Of a stretch of DNA of 47,174 nt, positions 40,750 through 47,174 are shown piece after piece. Position 1 is the stretch's first letter, and every line of letters starts with the position of its first letter. The notes beneath the pieces were generated by a model. It was given only the letters and a program-made list of their open reading frames with translations. It ran no database searches and was not told the origin of the DNA. Origin of the DNA: Methanobacteriota archaeon (lineage in GTDB: Archaea; Thermoplasmatota; Poseidoniia; MGIII; CG-Epi1); the NCBI GenBank assembly GCA_016845825.1, contig JAERSJ010000108.1:1-47174 (forward strand), written 5' to 3'. The position numbers were made by a program, and so were the translations under genes.

Positions 40750-41697
40750 CTATCTGAATACAGCTATTACCTGTCGCCCATAATGCATTACCAACACGAG
40801 CATAATCGACAGCATACCGCCGAGTAAAGTACCAAATATACATATAGAAGCACGTTTGGGCTGCGATTTTTTTTCTGGGATCATGCTAGGGCTTATTGCC
40901 ACAAAGGCATAGTCAGGGCTCGCCTCGGCTAGCATTTTGTTTTTAATTTGCTCTTCAATGATAGTGTAGAGCACCTCTTGCATCTCGGTGATAGACGTTT
41001 TTTCTATCTGGGCCTTAAGGTATTCAATGTTATTGCTAACCTTGGCCACCTGACGCTCTTGCATGTGCTTATTAATCGCCGAGATATATAAGTCCAACCA
41101 CTGTTTGGCAATCTGAGGGGAATAGTGTTCTACAGAAACCGACACTAATCCGTACTGCTCATCCTCCGCAACCGTAATTCTCTTTGAGAACGCCTCAAAC
41201 AACTGCCAGCTGCTTGGAGGCCCCACGACACCAGAGTCATCCTCAATTAACCACTGGTTATTTTCGGCATCGTAAGCCTCTTGATTAATCTGTAATTCAT
41301 TTGACCCTTTACTCCAGCCTTCGGCCGCATAAACCTCAACAGCAAGGTCATTGTCAGCAATGAAACCCTCAATAAAACTCCATGAAGTCATTATTTGTTG
41401 AGCAGTATGAGCCTTACCACCACCATCACCGCCCAGACCAAGACCAGCTATCGACGCAAGACCACCAAGTCGACTTACGGCTCCTGAAAGCCCACCTCCA
41501 TCGTCAGATTGAGCTGGAGCCAAGAGAGTAATAGCCTTATATTGATTAGGTATTGACAGAGCATACACAACTGAACCAATAGCACACAACGCCGTCAGAA
41601 GGATTACCTTTATTTTACCAGCCCAGAGAACGGCAAATAGTTCTCGCAGGTCTATTTCATCATCGTACTGATCGCTGATTTGAGTATTATTTTCCAA
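40750..41697 (-). CDS. wzz: Wzz-type chain length determinant
   Basis: DDEIDLRELFAVLW, TM, PNQY, PEKKSQPKRA followed by second TM; no kinase domain. Confidence 0.9.
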   Translation of the reverse strand: MENNTQISDQYDDEIDLRELFAVLWAGKIKVILLTALCAIGSVVYALSIPNQYKAITLLAPAQSDDGGGLSGAVSRLGGLASIAGLGLGGDGGGKAHTAQQIMTSWSFIEGFIADNDLAVEVYAAEGWSKGSNELQINQEAYDAENNQWLIEDDSGVVGPPSSWQLFEAFSKRITVAEDEQYGLVSVSVEHYSPQIAKQWLDLYISAINKHMQERQVAKVSNNIEYLKAQIEKTSITEMQEVLYTIIEEQIKNKMLAEASPDYAFVAISPSMIPEKKSQPKRASICIFGTLLGGMLSIMLVLVMHYGRQVIAVFR

Positions 41698-41742
41698 GAG
41701 CCTATTCCTTAAACTATTAATTACCGTTGATTCAAAAAGATT

Positions 41743-44244
41743 TTAATTGTTTTTAAAGGTGTTGATCGCCGCGGCACCCAAAGACAACTGATAAATAATT
41801 TGCGACGCCTCAGCCAGCAATGCCATGGGCCTGATTTTTTCATCATCAGTATCAAGAGGCACCACAATCGTGTCACCGGGGCCTATCACTGCCTGGGCCG
41901 ATCTAAATTTGAAAAGCCCACGAGTCGGCTTAATCACTCGACCATTGGCTTTTACCACATAAATACCCTTCTCATCTGCACTGATCTTGAGTCCACCACT
42001 CTGATCTATATAGTCTGCTTGATCAAGATCAGGATCAAACAAATAAGAGATAGGCCTGTGCACCTCACCTATGACCGTCACCTCTTGGCTAAATTTAGGC
42101 ACCATTAAACGATCGTTTTCTCGTAAGAGAATATCTTCAGCAGCAGAGCTCATAATGGCATCAAGGGGAATAACCAAACGCCCTATGGCCTCTAAAGACC
42201 CAAGATCTTCAAGCGCCTTCTCTTGCAATGCCACCTGTTCTTGGTCAATATCAATATCAGCGTTGGTTTCCCTTAGGTTTTGTGATTGCAGCTCTTCCTG
42301 AAGGGTTTCTGTTAGGCGCTCTAACTCTTTCTGCTCACGCTCTCTTAGAGATTCCCTTAAGAATACTGATCCACCTGAAAAAGCCTCATCAGTAAAGCCC
42401 CCTGCCCTTTGAATAACCGAGGTAAGTGTCTCGCCCTTATCAAAGGCGTAGACCCCTGGAAACACAAATTCACCCTCAAGGGAGATAGTTTGAGTTTCTC
42501 TAAACCCTGGGACAGTTCGGAACTCCACATAATCAGATGGCTCCAATCGGATAACAGATCCACTATTCAGAGAGGTCAAGACAATCGCGCTGGCCGCACG
42601 GGTTGGGTTTGACATATCAATCCGCGCTATTTCTGCAGACTGTGAGTAGGCAGAGTCCATCAGGCCTCCCGCTACCTCAATTAAATCTCCTATGGACATT
42701 CCTTCAATGAGTGGATATTCCCCTGGGAAGCGCACTGTGCCCTCTGCAGTCACTACTTTTGGCAAGCGCCCCAATTCAACTTGACGCTTGAGTTTGGTGA
42801 CATAGGGAGCTAGTTCTGCAACTCGGTCACCGTAGGCGGACAGCACGACAATGAGGTCACGAGACATTAATTCAAGGTTGTCGTTGGTTTTTGCGCCAGA
42901 GAGCACATTACTGGGATTAAAACTAAGAACTCTAATATCGACGCTGTTTGCGAACTCTCGAACCACAAGAGCAATACTCATATCTGTATCAGGGTTTAAC
43001 TGATCATTCTCGGAAATAACATCAGAGATACGCATGCCTTCACGCCACGCAAAGTCACCCTCGTGCCTTACATTGCCTAGTAGAGATACAACATCTTTCT
43101 TATAATCAGTTATGGCGCCAACCGTCAAATGGTCACCATCGTGCAGGGGAAGCTCTTTGTCTGCTGATTGAGTCAAGTCAATATCAAGTGCGGTCATAAA
43201 GCCATCTGCATTAATTCTTTCCAACATTCCGCTTTCAGCGAAGGCCTTAGGGCCTAAACCACCAGCTAAATCAATCAGATCTTGAGCAGACTCACCACCC
43301 TTCAACTCGTAGATTGCTGGTCTCAAAACCTCACCTTCGATAGACGCTAGATCACCAACAGTAGGTATATAGATGACATCAGAGGCTTGTACGCGGACGT
43401 CGTTACTCGTATCCCCAGCCAGCAAAAGATCATATAAGTCCAATGTCGCGATGAGCTTGCCCTGACGCTTTAGCTGAATGTTTCGCAGTGAACCAATATC
43501 GCTCACACCGCCACTGCTCACCAGTGCATGAGTGATGGTCGAGAGTGAAGACACCGTGTAAGCACCCGGCTTGAATGCCTCACCCAGAACAAATATCTGC
43601 ATTGATCTCAAAGAACCCATGCTAATACTGACCTGGGTGCCAATGATCTGCGCAGAAATTCTGGCCTGCAGCATCTCCTTGGCCTCTCCATAGGTCAGTC
43701 CTGCCAGACCGACGGGGCCCAATTCAGGAAAATCTACAAAACCCTCTCGATTGATCTCGAGTGAGAAAGTGTTATTTGTTTTACCGTAAAAGAGGATATC
43801 TAATGTATCACCTGGGCCTAAAAGATAATCTCCTGATACAGGTATACTTGCGGCAGGGGCATAGGTTGTTGGTGCATTAGCAAAAAGATCATAGCCAAAG
43901 GGTTTCAGGTCCTCGGCTGCCTCCTCAACACCAGCAACGGCAACGGGTGCTACTGCCGTAGCTACACCACCCGTGGAAGAGGCTGTGCTTCTCGGAACCA
44001 TTGGCTCAGGTTGGATAACTCCTTTATCAGTTCCTGCCTCTGCTACCTCACCACAGAGTGCATCAAGATCATAGCCAGCCTGTTGGGCCATCGCCTTATT
44101 TGCGGCAGTGAGATTACCGCAGAGCTGTTTTGCTTGAGCAAGATCCTGAGAGTAACCTGCACTGGCGCATAACATGATGGCTAAGGCAAAAACAGAGCGC
44201 CAAATATTTGTGGTTTTTACAAGTTTCATAGTCCTTTTTCTCAC
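41743..44244 (-). CDS. SLBB-repeat polysaccharide export protein (OtnA/KpsD-like)
   Basis: Signal peptide; PFGYDLF, DYLLGPGD, repeated GEV..PG.Y...LI..AGG units, PGDTIVVP, QIIYQ. Real start is probably the second Met (MKLVK). Confidence 0.9.
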   Translation of the reverse strand: MRKRTMKLVKTTNIWRSVFALAIMLCASAGYSQDLAQAKQLCGNLTAANKAMAQQAGYDLDALCGEVAEAGTDKGVIQPEPMVPRSTASSTGGVATAVAPVAVAGVEEAAEDLKPFGYDLFANAPTTYAPAASIPVSGDYLLGPGDTLDILFYGKTNNTFSLEINREGFVDFPELGPVGLAGLTYGEAKEMLQARISAQIIGTQVSISMGSLRSMQIFVLGEAFKPGAYTVSSLSTITHALVSSGGVSDIGSLRNIQLKRQGKLIATLDLYDLLLAGDTSNDVRVQASDVIYIPTVGDLASIEGEVLRPAIYELKGGESAQDLIDLAGGLGPKAFAESGMLERINADGFMTALDIDLTQSADKELPLHDGDHLTVGAITDYKKDVVSLLGNVRHEGDFAWREGMRISDVISENDQLNPDTDMSIALVVREFANSVDIRVLSFNPSNVLSGAKTNDNLELMSRDLIVVLSAYGDRVAELAPYVTKLKRQVELGRLPKVVTAEGTVRFPGEYPLIEGMSIGDLIEVAGGLMDSAYSQSAEIARIDMSNPTRAASAIVLTSLNSGSVIRLEPSDYVEFRTVPGFRETQTISLEGEFVFPGVYAFDKGETLTSVIQRAGGFTDEAFSGGSVFLRESLREREQKELERLTETLQEELQSQNLRETNADIDIDQEQVALQEKALEDLGSLEAIGRLVIPLDAIMSSAAEDILLRENDRLMVPKFSQEVTVIGEVHRPISYLFDPDLDQADYIDQSGGLKISADEKGIYVVKANGRVIKPTRGLFKFRSAQAVIGPGDTIVVPLDTDDEKIRPMALLAEASQIIYQLSLGAAAINTFKNN

Positions 44245-44274
44245 TTTGTATTATTTAATTCAATTTCAATAGTG

Positions 44275-44790
44275 TTAATTTAGCTTGGTTAGTGTCAGCG
44301 CGTTATATCTATCATCAACAACTTGTCGAATCACGCGGATACTCCCATCTTCAGCAACGAGGATGCTGTTGCTATAAGCTTTAACATCTTCACAGTACTG
44401 AGAAAATTGTTTCTTCCCTGATTGCTGCTTTTGCTTCCATTTATCACAATTATGTACGGCTAATGTTCGGCTACCTCGCGTAAAAGTCCGCTCGTCCTCA
44501 ATATCACTGTTTTGATACTCTTGTCCTCGCAGACCCAAACCACTCACCCGCCGCACTGACCAGCCGTCAAACAAAACCTGGTCACCTGCTTTGTTAGAAA
44601 ACAAGGTGCCCTGAGGCATGGTAACAGGATAAACTATAGCCTCATAATTTGCATATTTCACTGACCAGCTATTTAAAGATATATCCGCCGCTGGCGTCTT
44701 AAAAAGACCCATCACTGCAGACAGTTGACTGGATTGGACGCTACAACCACTAAACAGTAACAGACACGTCAAAATACTGAGTATTCTCAT
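44275..44790 (-). CDS. Lipoprotein, GfcB/YjbF-like by position
   Basis: Lipobox LLFSG-C; beta-rich; 4-bp overlap with YjbH gene. Confidence 0.6.
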   Translation of the reverse strand: MRILSILTCLLLFSGCSVQSSQLSAVMGLFKTPAADISLNSWSVKYANYEAIVYPVTMPQGTLFSNKAGDQVLFDGWSVRRVSGLGLRGQEYQNSDIEDERTFTRGSRTLAVHNCDKWKQKQQSGKKQFSQYCEDVKAYSNSILVAEDGSIRVIRQVVDDRYNALTLTKLN

Positions 44791-46838
44791 GGGCTTAACC
44801 TCCCGGTCATTTCACTAAAGGCATCATACCTCGCTCCTCGGGTGTCCCACCAAATATTAGCACTAAAATCTTCTAAACGCTGACCACCATCACGCTGAAT
44901 AGGACGAAGTCGTGTACTGTAATTACTTCTGCTACTGGTTCCAAGCAGGCCATTGAACGGAATCCTAAAATACATGCCCTTATCAAAGCTTCCTTCGCCA
45001 AAATCCTCGGCAGAGACATCGGTTTTTGTTGCCCACAAACCCACTGACCAACCATTGTGAAAAGTTCGTCTGACTTCTAAGGTTGCTCCTACATCTTTGG
45101 CTAAATATTTACCCGCATGGACCGCAACGTCAAAGTTGTAAAAAGGGGTTGCCCAGTAAATACTGGCAAAGGCTGTAGACGTTTTGTAATCCAAGTGTTT
45201 GAAGCTTTTATCGTAATCCCGTTGTTGCACCCAGTTGGCGCTGACACCATAGGCCAGACGAGACTGGTATGGCTGGTATAAAACCTCACCACCGAAGCCG
45301 CTGAACATTGACTCCAGAACACCGCCAAAAACTCGGTAGTGAACATCATTGAACGTGGTGCCACGCTTTTCTACGTAAAGTGAATCAAGCCCAGTATCAC
45401 CCTCTGTTAGGTATTTAACGATATCTGAGCGAACTCGGGGCAATACTGAGCCTGAATTAATCCGATTACTCTCATCAAAATTATTTGTAATATCAAAGCC
45501 ATAGGCGCCAGTTAGCAACCAAGATTTTGGCAAGGCTAAACTTACCCCCACTTTGGTATAAAGTTGGTATCGTGCCGGGTCATCAGGGTCAAACAGCTGA
45601 AGACGATTCGATAGGTTTACATCAAAGAATACCTTTTTTTGCACAAAATCCGTTTTATGCTGAACAAAACTCAATGGTTTAACAGGTTGCACCCTAATTT
45701 CACGCTCAACTAATTGACCAATTTGGCCATAAGTCAGTGATGGGCGACGCATGACTATGGAATGCAATCGATGCCCTTCTTCCTCAATGACAATGTTAAA
45801 GGTATTTACCGTAGTGGGTAGGTGTAAGTCTGCCAAATTAGCCATGGTGGCAACCGCATCTGCCCATACAGGGTACGCTAAGTTACCCATGACAATCGTG
45901 GCGCTGTGGGAGGTTTCATCTACGGTGGCTTCTAACAATAGAATCCCCGAGCGCTCAACGTCAAACAACAGAGTGTCGTACCAGCTAAGCGGGTTGATTC
46001 CCGCAGGGAGCTCATCAACGGGGTAATCCAGACTTGAGCGAAATACTCGATTAGACGGCTTTGCTGGCAATGACTTGGTGCCAAGGGCCGCTGAGAGCTC
46101 GATACCCCACTCTTCATTGTGTTGATGTGACAGCGTGAGTGAGACTCCGGGTAGAGCATCCCACTTTACTGCTGCGGTAATAGGGCTTTTGGGTCTTTCT
46201 CCCCCTCTTTGAGAGCTAAAATCATATTGATCGGGGTTGTACTCCATCATTGCGGTGAGTGGCAGTCCTGGCACGTCATAACTAATTCCACCAAAAAGGC
46301 CTACCTTTTCCCCGCTAAACCACATATCAGTCGAAAGTTCACCGCCCCGCCCAAAATCGTTTTCGCGAACAGAGAAAGTATCTGAGAGCCAGGTCATAGG
46401 ATTTTCAAAATCACCTTTACCCGCCAAGCGACCCCAACCCATGCCTAGGGTAACATCAAAATTTCCTACTTCTTTGGATGCAACAAGATACTCAGAACCC
46501 CAAAGACCTGTTCCAACCAAATCCCTTATTCCCACCGCCACCTGAGGAAGGTAACGCTGCTCTTCCCAAAGCCTAATTTTTGCCTCGTAATTCCGATCAT
46601 AACTAAAAATAGCCCTATTAAAACCCGTGTATCGGAAGGTTCCCTCAAGCCATGGCGTTACTTGGTAGGTAATAGAATAAGATTTTGTTCGAGATTGAAT
46701 CGCGGCGGTAGTGGTGAGCGTGCCATCTGAGGACATGCGAGCTGTAGGGATATCGATTAGTCCGGTGGTGCCAAAATCTGATGCCATTGACGGCACTGCA
46801 ATACAAACACATAAACATGGCAGTACTAGTCGATTCAT
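44787..46838 (-). CDS. yjbH: YjbH/GfcD outer-membrane protein
   Basis: SDFGTTGLIDIPTARM, PWLEGTFRY, PQVAVGIRD..GTG..SEY.VASK, LGMGWG, LPRVRSD, LESMFSGFGGE.LY, FGEGSFDKG. Start moved to ATG 46838 (MNRLVL signal peptide) because the track start lies upstream of a terminator hairpin. Confidence 0.92.
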   Translation of the reverse strand: MNRLVLPCLCVCIAVPSMASDFGTTGLIDIPTARMSSDGTLTTTAAIQSRTKSYSITYQVTPWLEGTFRYTGFNRAIFSYDRNYEAKIRLWEEQRYLPQVAVGIRDLVGTGLWGSEYLVASKEVGNFDVTLGMGWGRLAGKGDFENPMTWLSDTFSVRENDFGRGGELSTDMWFSGEKVGLFGGISYDVPGLPLTAMMEYNPDQYDFSSQRGGERPKSPITAAVKWDALPGVSLTLSHQHNEEWGIELSAALGTKSLPAKPSNRVFRSSLDYPVDELPAGINPLSWYDTLLFDVERSGILLLEATVDETSHSATIVMGNLAYPVWADAVATMANLADLHLPTTVNTFNIVIEEEGHRLHSIVMRRPSLTYGQIGQLVEREIRVQPVKPLSFVQHKTDFVQKKVFFDVNLSNRLQLFDPDDPARYQLYTKVGVSLALPKSWLLTGAYGFDITNNFDESNRINSGSVLPRVRSDIVKYLTEGDTGLDSLYVEKRGTTFNDVHYRVFGGVLESMFSGFGGEVLYQPYQSRLAYGVSANWVQQRDYDKSFKHLDYKTSTAFASIYWATPFYNFDVAVHAGKYLAKDVGATLEVRRTFHNGWSVGLWATKTDVSAEDFGEGSFDKGMYFRIPFNGLLGTSSRSNYSTRLRPIQRDGGQRLEDFSANIWWDTRGARYDAFSEMTGRLSP

Positions 46839-46868
46839 AAATAAGATGTTAACTCGTTTTGAGCCATT

Positions 46869-46896
46869 AAAAAAGGGCATCAGAGATGCCCTTTTT
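46869..46896 (-). terminator. Rho-independent terminator (potentially bidirectional)
   Basis: A6-GGGCATC-AGA-GATGCCC-T5 on the plus strand, just downstream of the Thr-rich gene. Confidence 0.85.
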
Positions 46897-46912
46897 ATTA
46901 CTGTGACGCACA

Positions 46913-47174
46913 TCAACTACCAGAAGTACCCGTCGTTGTAGTCGTTGTGGTTGTCGTAGTCCCCGTGGTACCGGTAGTACCCGTGGTCGTAGTAGTTGTG
47001 GTTGTGGTAGCCGCCTCATCAGTCGTAGTTGTGGTAGCCGCCTCATCAGTCGTGGTTGTCGTCGTAGGCGTTGGCGTTGGCGTTGGCGTTGGCGTTGCGG
47101 TTCGTGTGGGTGTCGGCGTCTCCGTCAGCGTCACCCGTGGCACAGTGGCGGCCGTGGACATTGGATCGCGGACA
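46913..47174 (-). CDS. C-terminus of Thr/Pro-rich GfcA/YjbE-like protein (5' end off the window)
   Basis: Frame stays open to the window edge (..VRDPMSTAAT..); Thr-rich tail; lies upstream of yjbH/gfcD. Confidence 0.65.
   Translation of the reverse strand, partial: VRDPMSTAATVPRVTLTETPTPTRTATPTPTPTPTPTTTTTTDEAATTTTTDEAATTTTTTTTTGTTGTTGTTTTTTTTTTGTSGS
47001..47054. repeat. 27-bp tandem duplication (2 copies) encoding TTDEAATTT
   Basis: gttgtggtagccgcctcatcagtcgt(a/g) x2. Confidence 0.9.
47067..47096. repeat. (GGCGTT)5 hexamer repeat encoding Thr-Pro
   Basis: Five perfect copies read directly. Confidence 0.92.

Noticed and set aside
46839..46916. Longer N-terminus for YjbH given by the track
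   Set aside because: It spans a terminator hairpin; ATG 46838 gives a plausible signal peptide.

Overview
The window is one minus-strand surface-polysaccharide (O-antigen/capsule) locus, probably from a marine gammaproteobacterium (SAR92/Porticoccaceae-like backbone; inference only), and it is cut at both ends. The right part (~35.7-47.2 kb) is a higher-GC backbone: Thr-rich GfcA/YjbE-like gene, YjbH/GfcD, a lipoprotein, an SLBB export protein, Wzz, two WecA/MraY-family paralogues, an EPS-associated MarR regulator, a PfkB kinase and galU. The left part (1-35.1 kb) is an AT-rich variable island. It holds (i) a phosphonate pathway (cytidylyltransferase-PEP mutase fusion, cytidylyltransferase-AEP transaminase fusion, phosphonopyruvate decarboxylase) interrupted by a Tat small protein, a GMC oxidoreductase and an epimerase; (ii) a pseudaminic-acid-like pathway with no recognisable PseH or PseG but with two extra reductases; (iii) a split carrier-protein acylation toolkit (ACP, divergent GAPDH, adenylate-forming ligase, IMPase-family phosphatase, VOC protein, AAC(3)-family transferase, DUF4910); (iv) a carbamoyltransferase, two methyltransferases, a second CMP-sugar synthetase module, a PglK-like ABC flippase and a Wzy/WaaL-like protein; (v) a CotH-kinase/beta-helix gene at the left edge that the ORF track missed. 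Upstream of the MarR gene are two copies of a promoter plus palindromic operator (TGTTCA-N5-TGAACA), an ops-like element and an anti-SD-like sequence in place of an RBS. The best candidate for an undescribed system is the FkbH-less, GAPDH/ACP/AAC(3)-based acylation route acting on a phosphonate- and nonulosonate-bearing glycan. All calls come from motif recognition by eye; no searches were run.
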